Assembly: GCA_002411105.1 (NCBI GenBank)
Contig: DHQX01000015.1
Span: forward strand, 24,750 to 88,749
Reading direction: 5' to 3'
DNA length: 64,000 nt
Source of the DNA: Christensenella sp. UBA5327
Lineage (GTDB): Bacteria > Bacillota > Clostridia > Christensenellales > Aristaeellaceae
Below the pieces are notes generated by a model. It saw only the letters and a program-made list of their open reading frames with translations. It made no database searches and had not been told where the DNA came from. Within the stretch, counting starts at the first letter, position 1. Every line of letters starts with the position of its first letter. Both the position numbers and the translations under genes were made by a program. Shown here one piece after another: positions 45,972 to 55,205 of the stretch.

Positions 45972-46840
45972 AAGCCGCTGCCGTCCTCCTCCTCTGAGGG
46001 GGCGGGGCGATAGCGGTAATTCTCTGGATAATAGGGCTGGTGGAAGGCGTCCTCCTGGGAGATGGGGGGCGGGAGGCTGTCCAATTGCTCTGAAGGGTCG
46101 GTGGGGTCTATGAGGGTTTCCCTCAGCGTGCGCAAGAGACCGGGCTGGCGCTGGCGCTTGGTCTGGATGCGGCGCCGGCGCCGGGAGGCGGGCTTTTCGG
46201 GCGTTGTTTCCTCAGGGGCCAGGTGATAATCCTCAGCCTCCACCACAGGCAGCTGGTCCCAGGCCGGGGCGAGCGCCTCCGGTTCCTGATAAGCCGCCTG
46301 TTCCTCCGGCGGCACCGTCCAGGCTGCGAAGGGCAATTCCGGCTCAGGCGCTGCGTAGCCTGGGTCAGGGGATGGCATCACCAGCTCCTGGGGCTGCCAG
46401 ACTGGCTGTTCCTGGTGGGGAGGCTGCTCATCAGGCGCTTGATGGGGGTAGGGGAAGTCATCCCCGGGCGGGAAGACCACCGCCTCATCAGCCGGAAACA
46501 TCGGAGTGAAGGGGGCGGCTTCCATGGGGTCCAGCTCCAGATCCAGCGGCGCCTGGTCCAGATCTGTCATATAGGCCTGGGTGGCCTGCATGCGCTTCTC
46601 CCTGTCCCGGCGCATAAACCAGCTGCGCCACACATAATACGGGCGCCAGCGGATAATCCAAACGATATAGTCTGCCAAGGTGCCCACTAAAAGGAGGATG
46701 ACGATCATCGGCAGCCAGAAACGCTCAAAAAAGCCCACAATGCCTGAGGAATGATTGGTGACCAGGTTCCAGAGGCTGTTGAACAGGCCCCGGGTCCACC
46801 CCAGAAGCAGGCCAAAGAGGCGGTCAGCGATGACATTCAT
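45968..46840 (-). CDS. Membrane-anchored protein with a long acidic, Pro-rich tail; unknown function
   Basis: 290 aa. The N-terminal hydrophobic span is WLPMIVILLLVGTLADYIVWII. The rest is low-complexity, P/E/Q-rich. It has 4-nt overlaps with both neighbours. Confidence 0.5.
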   Translation of the reverse strand: MNVIADRLFGLLLGWTRGLFNSLWNLVTNHSSGIVGFFERFWLPMIVILLLVGTLADYIVWIIRWRPYYVWRSWFMRRDREKRMQATQAYMTDLDQAPLDLELDPMEAAPFTPMFPADEAVVFPPGDDFPYPHQAPDEQPPHQEQPVWQPQELVMPSPDPGYAAPEPELPFAAWTVPPEEQAAYQEPEALAPAWDQLPVVEAEDYHLAPEETTPEKPASRRRRRIQTKRQRQPGLLRTLRETLIDPTDPSEQLDSLPPPISQEDAFHQPYYPENYRYRPAPSEEEDGSGL

Positions 46841-47916
46841 GGCGCAGCCTGGTCCAGGGCGGAGATGGGCAGGATCTCCACCGTCACGTACACAGCGTTT
46901 TCGCTGAGATAGACCGCGTCAGCGGGTTTGGTCACCTTGGCGGCGCGGATGATGGTTTCGTTCATGCCGGACACATCGATGGGGGCGGTGAGGTCCACCA
47001 CGGGAATTTTCTCCAGCGCTTCAGAGGAGCCCGCGATCTGAACCTGGGCAGGGGCGGCGGTGACGCTAGCGACGCGGTAGCCAGGGGCCACCTGCCCGGT
47101 GACAGCGCCGGTTAAGTTGATGGGTACGCTCTTCTTGGGATAGAAGGTCTGCTCCACCAGCAAAGTGTCCAGCAGCACGTTCTCGCTGGTAACAGTGATG
47201 AGCGGGCTTTTGATCTCCTGCCCGTCCCGGTTCACCAGGGCAAAGGGCACGGCGTTATACTGGGTGCCCACAATGGGGGTGAGCCTGGCGATGTCATAGG
47301 CGGGCACCACCCGGGCAACGCCAGCCACCAGGCTCCTGGGGCCGGAGATCACCACGGTGCTGGGGTCTATCCCGGCAGCACCGGCGTAGATATCTGCCGG
47401 CAGCGCCTCCGCCGGGGTGGCCTGGATCTGCTGCACGGGGATGCGCCGGCGGGTGATGTACTCATCCACCTCAAGGGTCACCTCCGTCTGGGAAAGCCAG
47501 GTCACATTGCCGTAGCTGATGGTGTCAGTGGTCTGGATGGGCAGCGTCACCTCGCCTGTGGTGGTGATGCGGGAAAGATCCAGTCTGGCGTTGAAGTTGG
47601 CCGGGGTGGCGCTGTCATACACCCGCTGGGGCACATTGGCATGCAGGCGGATGGGGCCCAGCTTTGAAAGATCGGACACGACGATAAAGCCGCTGCGCTG
47701 CAGGGCATCGGCGTTGACGATGTTGACGGGGACATCCACAAAAACCTTCTCCCGGGTGAGGGTGGCATCCTGGCTGATGAGGCCGCCCCAGATGGCGATG
47801 GCAAAAATCAGGCTGGTGAGCTTCAGCCCCCAGTTCCTGCTCATGGATTTTTTCAGGCGGGCGCCAAAGGCGCTCAGCTCACCGCGCCAGCCCTTGTCCT
47901 CAAGATGCTCGTTCAT
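46837..47916 (-). CDS. cdaR: YbbR-domain protein CdaR (regulator of diadenylate cyclase)
   Basis: Start at ATG 47916 (MNEHLEDKGW) behind AAAGGAGAG. One TM, then repeated YbbR-like beta modules. Sits immediately after cdaA. Confidence 0.8.
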   Translation of the reverse strand: MNEHLEDKGWRGELSAFGARLKKSMSRNWGLKLTSLIFAIAIWGGLISQDATLTREKVFVDVPVNIVNADALQRSGFIVVSDLSKLGPIRLHANVPQRVYDSATPANFNARLDLSRITTTGEVTLPIQTTDTISYGNVTWLSQTEVTLEVDEYITRRRIPVQQIQATPAEALPADIYAGAAGIDPSTVVISGPRSLVAGVARVVPAYDIARLTPIVGTQYNAVPFALVNRDGQEIKSPLITVTSENVLLDTLLVEQTFYPKKSVPINLTGAVTGQVAPGYRVASVTAAPAQVQIAGSSEALEKIPVVDLTAPIDVSGMNETIIRAAKVTKPADAVYLSENAVYVTVEILPISALDQAAP

Positions 47917-48772
47917 CTTTGCGCTCTCCTTTCCGCTTGAAACGCCGCGCCAGGCCCTGCACGGTTTCGAACAGGTTGACCCGGTCACTCTGATAAAGAT
48001 TGCTGAGGATTTCTTTGATCGCCTCCCCATCCAGGTGGCGGGTGAGCCTGCCGCCCTGGGCCATGGAGATGATGCCAGTCTCCTCCGACACGATGAGCAC
48101 CACCGCGTCCGTGCTCTCCGTCACCCCCAGGCCTGCCCGGTGGCGGGTGCCCAGGTCACGCCCCAGGGAGCTGTTTTCGCTCAGGCTCAACACACAGCCC
48201 GCCGCCATGATGCGGCCGCCCCGGATGATGATGGCCCCATCGTGAAGCGGGGTATTGGGCTCAAATATATTGACCAGGAGCGGGCCTGATATCCGGGAAT
48301 CGATGGTGGTGCCGGTCTCGATAAAATCCCTCAGGCCGGTTTTCTGCTCAAACACAATCAGGGCGCCCACCCTGCGGTGGGAGAGGGTTTGCACGGCCTG
48401 GGTCAATTCAAACACAATCCGGCTGCTCTCATCGGGGCTGTCAACCAGATGATCGATTTTCGCGCCCCGGCCCAGTTGCTCCAGCGCCCGGCGCAGTTCC
48501 GGCTGGAAGAGAATCATCAGCACGATGGCACCGTTGTTGACCACGCTGGTAAACAACCAATGCAGGGCCTTGAGGCCCAGCAGGTCAGACAGCCAGGTGG
48601 CAGCCACCAGCAGCGCAAAACCCTTCAGAACCTGGCTGGCCCGGGTTTGCCGGGTGAGCATGAACACCTTGTAGAGCACAAGGGCGAGGATGGCGATATC
48701 AATCCAGTCTTTTAGCACCGGCCGGTTGAGGATATTCCAGAAGAAGGATTCCACACGGCTGGTGATGTTCAT
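47900..48772 (-). CDS. cdaA: Diadenylate cyclase CdaA
   Basis: Three N-terminal TMs. DAC domain motifs GALIVFE, TPLHDGAIIIRGGRIMAAGC, LGTRHRAGLGVTE and VLIVSEETGIISMA. Confidence 0.9.
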   Translation of the reverse strand: MNITSRVESFFWNILNRPVLKDWIDIAILALVLYKVFMLTRQTRASQVLKGFALLVAATWLSDLLGLKALHWLFTSVVNNGAIVLMILFQPELRRALEQLGRGAKIDHLVDSPDESSRIVFELTQAVQTLSHRRVGALIVFEQKTGLRDFIETGTTIDSRISGPLLVNIFEPNTPLHDGAIIIRGGRIMAAGCVLSLSENSSLGRDLGTRHRAGLGVTESTDAVVLIVSEETGIISMAQGGRLTRHLDGEAIKEILSNLYQSDRVNLFETVQGLARRFKRKGERKDERAS

Positions 48773-48902
48773 GCGCTCCCTTTCCTTTCATCCTCTTATT
48801 TCACTTCCAGTATACATCAATTTACCGCTGATAAAAAGGACTTAATCAGTGGAATTCATCAATTTTTAACAGAAATGCAAAATTTTACGGGATTAGAGGG
48901 CG

Positions 48903-48931
48903 AAAAAACAAAAAAGGGCCTTCAAGCCCTT
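48903..48931 (-). terminator. Terminator after rpmA
   Basis: AAGGGC/GCCCTT hairpin (48914-48931), followed on the minus strand by TTTTTTGTTTTTT. Confidence 0.6.
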
Positions 48932-48955
48932 TTCAAAGAGATCCGCTGCAATGGC

Positions 48956-49252
48956 TCAGCCCGCGGCCTGCCCCTCCTCGGGCAGCACGCTCACCTGGGT
49001 GCGGAACTTGCCCTTGTGGTGGAAGCGCACCAGGCCATCGATCTTGGCAAAGAGGGTATCATCCTTGCCCCGGCCCACGTTCTCGCCAGGATGGATGTGG
49101 GTGCCGCGCTGGCGCACCAGAATATTGCCGGCCAGCACAAACTGCCCGTCAGCCCGCTTTGGGCCAAGGCGTTTGCTGGCGCTGTCACGGCCGTTGCGGC
49201 TGGAACCAACGCCCTTTTTATGGGCAAATAATTGAAGATTCAGCTTCAGCAT
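48956..49252 (-). CDS. rpmA: 50S ribosomal protein L27 with a cleavable N-terminal extension
   Basis: [24 protein letters not shown]... The 9-residue propeptide is typical of Firmicutes that encode Prp. Confidence 0.95.
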   Translation of the reverse strand: MLKLNLQLFAHKKGVGSSRNGRDSASKRLGPKRADGQFVLAGNILVRQRGTHIHPGENVGRGKDDTLFAKIDGLVRFHHKGKFRTQVSVLPEEGQAAG

Positions 49253-49271
49253 GGGGTTTCCTCCGTTTCTT

Positions 49272-49592
49272 TCATAGCACCTGATTAATCAGGTGGACAT
49301 TTCTGGGATAGGCGTCTGCCAGGTCGTTGGCACCCTGTCGGAAGGTTTCAAGGATCACGAGCGCTTCATGGGCTGCTTCGTTTTTCAGCAGGTTCACGGT
49401 GAGCTTCCCGTCTGCCTGCATCACCCGGGGTTTCACGCCGGCCACGCTCTCAAGCGCGTTGGCACAGGTGGTAGCCAGGAATGACACCGCGGCGCAGACC
49501 AGATCGTTTCCTTCCGTGCCTGCTCCGGCATGGCCGGAAACATCATAGCCGCACAGGCGGTCATCGGTATAAAGCAGGCGGATGGTGGTCAT
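49272..49592 (-). CDS. prp: Ribosomal-processing cysteine protease Prp
   Basis: Start at ATG 49592 (MTTIRLLY...GYDVSGHAG...DLVCAAVS). Located between rplU and rpmA. Confidence 0.85.
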   Translation of the reverse strand: MTTIRLLYTDDRLCGYDVSGHAGAGTEGNDLVCAAVSFLATTCANALESVAGVKPRVMQADGKLTVNLLKNEAAHEALVILETFRQGANDLADAYPRNVHLINQVL

Positions 49593-49593
49593 C

Positions 49594-49899
49594 TCAGGCG
49601 GTGATGCCGGTGATCTCCACCTTGGTGAAGGGCTGGCGGTGGCCCTGCTTGCGGCGGTAGTTTTTCTTCGCCTTGAACTTGTAGACGACGATCTTTTGCC
49701 CCCGGCCATGCTGGAGCACCTTGCCGGTGACGCTGGCGCCCTTGACCTCAGGAGTTCCCAAGACCACCTTGTCGCCGCCCAGCATCAAAACCGGGAAAGT
49801 GACCTCGCTGTCCAGCTCGTTTTCCAACTTCTCAATGTAGATGACGTCTCCCTCGGAGACCCGATACTGTTTGCCGCCTGTCGCGATGATTGCGTACAT
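49594..49899 (-). CDS. rplU: 50S ribosomal protein L21
   Basis: [25 protein letters not shown]. Start at ATG 49899 behind GGAGG. Confidence 0.95.
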   Translation of the reverse strand: MYAIIATGGKQYRVSEGDVIYIEKLENELDSEVTFPVLMLGGDKVVLGTPEVKGASVTGKVLQHGRGQKIVVYKFKAKKNYRRKQGHRQPFTKVEITGITA

Positions 49900-49988
49900 G
49901 TGCAGCACCTCCGTTTCAAAACTCGCCGGGCTGTAGGCGGAAGGCCCTGAGGCAGCGTACGCGCATTTAAAGCCTCTCCCGAGCGGCA
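49900..49988 (-). promoter_or_regulatory. Probable ribosomal protein L21 leader RNA
   Basis: About 90 nt of GC-rich untranslated leader between a near-consensus promoter and rplU, in the position of the Firmicute L21 leader. The model was not run. Confidence 0.5.
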
Positions 49989-49994
49989 ACGCAT

Positions 49995-50023
49995 AATATA
50001 GCACACAGGGGAGGTCCGGTCAA
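49995..50023 (-). promoter_or_regulatory. Promoter of the rplU-prp-rpmA operon
   Basis: Minus-strand TTGACC (50018-50023), 17-nt spacer, TATATT (49995-50000). Confidence 0.6.
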
Positions 50024-50433
50024 GGGTTTTTCACGGGCTGAGGGGCTTTGCTGCCGTGGGCAGAGGGGGCAGACACCACCACCCGGTAGCCGTCAGGGTC
50101 AAAAAACCAGACCTCCATGTGCCGGGCATAGGGGTTTTCAAAGGGCGGCTTGATAAAGCGCACATTCAGTGCCTTAAGCCTTGAGATCACCTGATCAAAG
50201 TCATCCGTCATAAACCACAGGAGCACCCCGGCTCCGGCTTTCTCCCCTGGTCCCAGCAAGGGGCCATGGTTCATGTCCGGTTTCAGGTCGTGCAGTTGAA
50301 GCACCAGCTCATCCCCGGAATACAGCTGGTCATACTCATCCCCGCCGTGGCCGGATACCAGGCCCAGGGCGCTTTCATAAAACGCCCGGCTGGCGGCCAC
50401 ATCCTTCACCGCGATCATCGTCTGACTGCGCAT
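50020..50433 (-). CDS. VOC (glyoxalase/bleomycin resistance/dioxygenase) family protein
   Basis: The core domain runs from M74 of the 210-aa ORF (MRSQTMIAVKDVAASRAFYESALGL ... WFFDPDGYRVVV), with GGAGGG before ATG 50433. A longer form starting at 50652 cannot be excluded. Confidence 0.7.
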   Translation of the reverse strand: MRSQTMIAVKDVAASRAFYESALGLVSGHGGDEYDQLYSGDELVLQLHDLKPDMNHGPLLGPGEKAGAGVLLWFMTDDFDQVISRLKALNVRFIKPPFENPYARHMEVWFFDPDGYRVVVSAPSAHGSKAPQPVKNP

Positions 50434-50844
50434 AAAACCCTCCTGTGCGATGTTTTGGGCTGTCTGCCCTTGGGGTCGCGGCCTCATCCCGCTCTGAGGC
50501 GCTGTCTGATAAGGCGCCACCTGTGCCAAAGCCATTCCAGCGCCGGCCGCGCGGGGGAGGGGTTCCGCCTGGATTTCGCTTGCGCCAATGACATCCGCGG
50601 TGCCCATGGTGACCCAGGGGATGCCCTCGCATCTGTTATGAATTGTACCCATGCCTTTCTCCCTGCATCAAGGATCAATATGGCTGACCTGTTTCCTTTC
50701 TTCTACTAATGGGCGGGTCAGTATCGAAAAGAAATAGCTGTATAAAAACATAATATAGATCGTGAAGCTGTGCTTCGGCTTGTTTTTCCGGCGCTGTATA
50801 TGTTAAGATACTCCCTGACAATTGATAGTTAAGAGGTGACGGGG

Positions 50845-51168
50845 ATGGCGGAGAATATCCTTCAGCACATACTGGATGCAGAGAAAAAAGCCCATGCGAT
50901 GCTAACAGAAGCGCAGGCAGGGGCGAGCGAAGCCATCAAGGGCGCACAGGCGGAGGTCAGAGAGCAGGAGCGTAAGGCCGCGGTTGAGCACCGGGCGCTG
51001 TACCGGCAGATCGTGGAGGCCAAGCGCCAGGAGGTGCAGCAGCAGCTGGATGCCCAGGCTGGCGCCCGCCGCCAGGAGATTCAGACTGCCATCCAGGCCG
51101 CCCGGGGGCGGCTTGACCAGGCGGCGGATATGATCGTGCAGGAGGTGCTGGCTGATGGCGATCGCTGA
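50845..51168 (+). CDS. V-type ATPase small coiled-coil peripheral-stalk subunit (G/H-like)
   Basis: 108-aa, all-helical, A/Q/E-rich protein at the head of the V-ATPase operon. ATG 50845 lies behind GAGGTG. Confidence 0.6.
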   Translation: MAENILQHILDAEKKAHAMLTEAQAGASEAIKGAQAEVREQERKAAVEHRALYRQIVEAKRQEVQQQLDAQAGARRQEIQTAIQAARGRLDQAADMIVQEVLADGDR

Positions 51169-53056
51169 GATGAAGCGCATCGGCCTGATCATCATGCGCC
51201 GGGATCACGACCGGCTGCTGAAGTTTGCCCAGCGCCTGGGCTGCGTTCAGGTCACCCAGACAGAGGTGCCTGAGGAGTTGATGCTCAGAAAAGAAAGCGC
51301 GCGGGCGGCTGAGATTGAGGCGGAGATCGCCCGGTATCAGTGGGCCATCCGCAAGCTGGTGAAATATGACCCGGTGAAGCAGTCCATGTTCTCTGCGCTG
51401 CCGGAGGTGAGCGTGGATGATCTGGAAGGAAGTGACCTGAAGGGCGCCGAGCAGGTGATCCAACAGGCTGAAGAGCTGGAGCGAAGGGCTGGCGACCTGC
51501 GCGGTCAGGAAAGCCGTCTGCATGTTGCCATCGAGCAACTGACCCCCTGGCTCCAGCTGGATATCCCCACTGAAATAAACCATAACACCCAGTCGGTCAC
51601 CATTTTTACCGGCACTGTCACAGCCAATGGCTTAAAGGAGTTGATGGCGGCCTGGTCAGGCCAGGCGGCGGTGATCAGGGCGCTTGAGCCGGTCAAGGAC
51701 CTGCAGCATTTCTGGGCCGCGGTCTACCTGCCGGAGGCAACGCGCTTCCTGCAGGATCTGCAGGAGATCGGCTTTCAGCAGATCAGCCTGCCGGAAGGCC
51801 AGGGCACGCCCCAGGCCCAGCGGGAAGCGGCTGAAAAGGCGCTGGAAGCGCTGGCTGAAAAGCAAAAGGCGCTGGAGGAAGACTTGAGGAAGCTGGCGGA
51901 ACAGCTGCCTGTTTTGCGCCTGGGCTATGAAACGCTCAAGGCTGAGTATGCCCGGGAGGAAGCCCAGGGCCGCATGGCGCACACCGCCACCGCCAGCTTG
52001 CTGCAGGGCTGGGTGCCCGCTTTGGCGGCGCCCGGAGTGGAGGCGGCCATCAAGGAGCGCTTTCCCGAGGCTGCCATCTCCTTTTTCGACCCCCAGGAGG
52101 GGGAGGAGCCGCCAGTGCTGCTGCGCAACCATCCTGTGACAGCACCCTTTGAGTCCATCATCACCGGCTTTTCCATGCCCCATCCCTCAAGCCTTGACCC
52201 CACCGCGGTGATGATGCCTTTCTTCGCCTGTTTTTTTGGCATGATGGTGTCTGACGCCGGCTATGGGCTGATGATGGCCCTGCTGGTACCCATTCTGATC
52301 AAGCTGATGAAGCCCTCAAAGGGAGGGCGCAAGCTGTTTTGGATCGTCGGCATCGGCGGCATTTTCACGGTGTTCTGGGGCGCTATGTACAATACCTGGT
52401 TTGGCTTTGCGCCCTGGCCCACGGTGTTTGATCCGGTGAACAACTCTCTGCCGGTGATGGCGCTGTGCATCGGCCTTGGCGCCCTGCACCTGTTCACCGG
52501 CCTTGGCCTGGGCGCCTACCTCAACATCCGCCGCGGCCAATTTCTTGACGCCATATACGACCAGTTCAGCTGGTTTTCCTTGGTGGTTGGCCTGGGGCTT
52601 CTGCTGCTGCCCCAGACCGCAGAGCTTGGGAAATGGATGGCGCTTGCCGGGGCTGGCATCATCCTGGTCACCGCCGGCCGGGGCAAATCCAACAATCCCT
52701 TCAAGCGCCTGCTCTCTGGGCTGGGGGCGCTGTACAATGTGTCCGGCTGGCTGAGCGACCTGCTCAGCTACATGCGCCTGTTTGGCATGGGGCTTGCCAC
52801 CGGGGTGATCGGCATGGTCATCAACCTCCTGGTGGGCATGGTGATGCAAAACGGTATCATCGGCATCATCATCGGCATCCCCCTGTTTGTGGGCGGGCAT
52901 TTGTTCAATGCAGCCATCAACGTCCTGGGCGCCTATGTGCATTCAAGCAGGCTTCAATACATCGAGTTTTTCGGCAAGTTCTACGAGGAGGGCGGCACCG
53001 CCTTTATGCCCCTTGGCTATTCACCCCGGTACGTTCGCGTCCAGGACGCTTCGTAA
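51155..53056 (+). CDS. ntpI: V-type ATP synthase subunit I
   Basis: 633 aa. N-terminal soluble coiled-coil half, then a C-terminal polytopic half with SYMRLFGMGLA. Confidence 0.85.
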   Translation: MAIAEMKRIGLIIMRRDHDRLLKFAQRLGCVQVTQTEVPEELMLRKESARAAEIEAEIARYQWAIRKLVKYDPVKQSMFSALPEVSVDDLEGSDLKGAEQVIQQAEELERRAGDLRGQESRLHVAIEQLTPWLQLDIPTEINHNTQSVTIFTGTVTANGLKELMAAWSGQAAVIRALEPVKDLQHFWAAVYLPEATRFLQDLQEIGFQQISLPEGQGTPQAQREAAEKALEALAEKQKALEEDLRKLAEQLPVLRLGYETLKAEYAREEAQGRMAHTATASLLQGWVPALAAPGVEAAIKERFPEAAISFFDPQEGEEPPVLLRNHPVTAPFESIITGFSMPHPSSLDPTAVMMPFFACFFGMMVSDAGYGLMMALLVPILIKLMKPSKGGRKLFWIVGIGGIFTVFWGAMYNTWFGFAPWPTVFDPVNNSLPVMALCIGLGALHLFTGLGLGAYLNIRRGQFLDAIYDQFSWFSLVVGLGLLLLPQTAELGKWMALAGAGIILVTAGRGKSNNPFKRLLSGLGALYNVSGWLSDLLSYMRLFGMGLATGVIGMVINLLVGMVMQNGIIGIIIGIPLFVGGHLFNAAINVLGAYVHSSRLQYIEFFGKFYEEGGTAFMPLGYSPRYVRVQDAS

Positions 53057-53113
53057 GGCGCGTTAGCGCCGGATATACCGCATCTACATTCAATCATCGG
53101 GAGGGAGTACTAC

Positions 53114-53602
53114 ATGGAAATCTTAGGCATGTCTATCGGGCAGGTACTGGCATTGTTTGGCGCGGCGCTGTCCGTTGCCCTGGCGGGCATGGGCTCCGCC
53201 AAAGGGGTGGGCCTGGCAGGGCAGACCTCAGCGGGTGTTTCAACCGAGAACCCCGAGGTGAACCCCAAGCTGATGGTGCTGCAGATTTTGCCGGGCACCC
53301 AGGGTATCTATGGCTTTTTGATCGGCGTGATCATCCTGGTGAACATCGGCGCTTTGGGCGGTGACATGAAAGCCGTGGAATTGACCCAGGGGCTCGCCTA
53401 TCTTGCCGCTGCGATCCCGGTTGGCGTGGTGGGTTATTTCTCCGCGGTTCACCAGGGCAAGGCCGCTGCTGCGGGAATGCTGCTGGTGGGCCAGCACCCG
53501 GATATGTCCGGTAAGGCCATCATCATGACCGTTATGGTGGAAACCTACGCCGTGCTGGCGCTGTTGGCCTCCTTCCTGATGGTCAACGCCATCACGCTGT
53601 GA
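53114..53602 (+). CDS. ntpK: V-type ATP synthase proteolipid subunit K (4-TM c subunit)
   Basis: GSAKGVG, LPGTQGIYGF, HQGKAAAAG and MVETYAVL. Closely parallels Enterococcus hirae NtpK as I recall it. Confidence 0.9.
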   Translation: MEILGMSIGQVLALFGAALSVALAGMGSAKGVGLAGQTSAGVSTENPEVNPKLMVLQILPGTQGIYGFLIGVIILVNIGALGGDMKAVELTQGLAYLAAAIPVGVVGYFSAVHQGKAAAAGMLLVGQHPDMSGKAIIMTVMVETYAVLALLASFLMVNAITL

Positions 53603-53612
53603 GGGGGCGCTG

Positions 53613-54206
53613 ATGGACACAAAGCCCATCCTGGCCAGAATAGAGGCTGACGCGCGGGATGCTGTGGCCGATGTGCTCAAGGAAGCCGAGGACCGGGTGC
53701 TTTCCATCCACGAAAGGTCTGATTTGCAGCTGGCCCAGCAGAAAGCAGAAGCGCAGCAGGAGGCCCAGGCGGAAAGCCTGCGCCTGGAGGAGCGTATGCA
53801 GCGCCTGTCTGAGCTGGAAACGCGCAAGGAGCTTTTGGCGGCCCAGCGGACGCTGATGAACCAGGCCTTTGACCAGGCGCTTGAAAAGCTGCGGACGCTG
53901 CCTGATGCGCAGTTTGCGCAGTGGCTTATCAAGCATCTGGAACAGGCCCAGGGGGATGAACAGGTGCAGGCCGGGGCAGTCAACGACGGCTTTTTCACGC
54001 CTGGCTTCCTTGAAAAGGCCAACGCGAGGCTGAAAGACCTGGGCAAGCCGGGCACGCTTTCTGACATGGGCGGCAGGGCACCGGGGGTTACCGGCCTTGT
54101 GCTGTACAGCCAGGGCAGCGAGGTGTATTGCAGCCTGGAGAGCGCCCTTGAGCAAAAGCGCCTGGATCTGGAAACCGGCCTGGCGAGACTGCTTTTTGAA
54201 CCCTGA
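53613..54206 (+). CDS. ntpE: V-type ATP synthase subunit E
   Basis: 197 aa. N-terminal long helix rich in A/E/Q/R and a C-terminal globular part. Operon position is after K. Confidence 0.75.
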   Translation: MDTKPILARIEADARDAVADVLKEAEDRVLSIHERSDLQLAQQKAEAQQEAQAESLRLEERMQRLSELETRKELLAAQRTLMNQAFDQALEKLRTLPDAQFAQWLIKHLEQAQGDEQVQAGAVNDGFFTPGFLEKANARLKDLGKPGTLSDMGGRAPGVTGLVLYSQGSEVYCSLESALEQKRLDLETGLARLLFEP

Positions 54207-54224
54207 GAGGAAAGGAGGGCATCC

Positions 54225-55205
54225 ATGCCCCAACCCAGCATAGCCTATGCCGTGGGGCGCGTGCGCTCCCTGGCCAAAAAACCGCTGGCCGGCGCACAGC
54301 TGGAGCGCCTGTTGGCAGCAGCTGACTACCGGGAGGCCCGGCACATCCTCAGTGAAATGGGCTGGACCGAGCTTGAGGACAAGGGCGTTGAAGCCGCGAG
54401 CGTCTCCCTGCTTGAGCGAACCTGCAAGCTGGTGCGGGAGATATCCCCAGAGCCCAAGTTGACTGACAGCTTCATGCTGCGCCATGACGCCCAGAATCTG
54501 AAGGCGCTGTTTAAAGCGCGCATCCTCGAGGTGACGCCTGAGGCCCTGTCAAACTGCGGGACGCTGCCCAGGAGTCTCCTTTCCCATGCCGTGGCTGAGC
54601 GCTCCTACTCCCGGCTGCCTGAGCCCTTTGCCAGGGCCATGAGCGAGCTGGAAAAGCAGACCGCGACACAGGTTAATCCCATGCTCATTGACGTGCGCAT
54701 CGACCAGGCGCTGTTTGAGCTCATCGGTCAGAACATGGCCCAGGTCAAATCCAGGACCGCACGGGAGTATTTCCGCGCCAAGGCGGACTTTGTCAACCTG
54801 CTGACCTTTTTGCGCATGCGCGGAACGGACTTGGCGGGCCTTGAACTGGAAAACCTGCTGGTGCCCGGCGGCGGGGTTGACAGGCGTGACTGGCGCGGCG
54901 TTGCCGAGAGCCCTGACCGCCTGCCCTATCTGTTCAGCCGCTTTGGGGGCGATGTACAAAGCGCTTTGGTCAAGGCCATGTCGGACAAGAAGGCGCTGCC
55001 AGCCCTTGAGCGTCAGATGGATGACTATCTGCTGGGGCTTTTCAGGCCTTACCGCAATGAGCCCTTTGCAGCTGAAGTGCTGCCAGGCCATCTGCTGGCC
55101 CTGGAGCGGGAGGCCGCTGCCGTCAGGCTGATCCTGGCGGGCAAGCTCAATGGCTTTGAAACTGAACTGATCAGGGAAAGGCTGCGTGAAGCCTATGTCA
55201 GATAA
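54225..55205 (+). CDS. ntpC: V-type ATP synthase subunit C (d-like)
   Basis: 326 aa. YAVGRVRSLAKK...HDAQNLKALFKA is typical of the bacterial V-type C subunit. Confidence 0.8.
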   Translation: MPQPSIAYAVGRVRSLAKKPLAGAQLERLLAAADYREARHILSEMGWTELEDKGVEAASVSLLERTCKLVREISPEPKLTDSFMLRHDAQNLKALFKARILEVTPEALSNCGTLPRSLLSHAVAERSYSRLPEPFARAMSELEKQTATQVNPMLIDVRIDQALFELIGQNMAQVKSRTAREYFRAKADFVNLLTFLRMRGTDLAGLELENLLVPGGGVDRRDWRGVAESPDRLPYLFSRFGGDVQSALVKAMSDKKALPALERQMDDYLLGLFRPYRNEPFAAEVLPGHLLALEREAAAVRLILAGKLNGFETELIRERLREAYVR

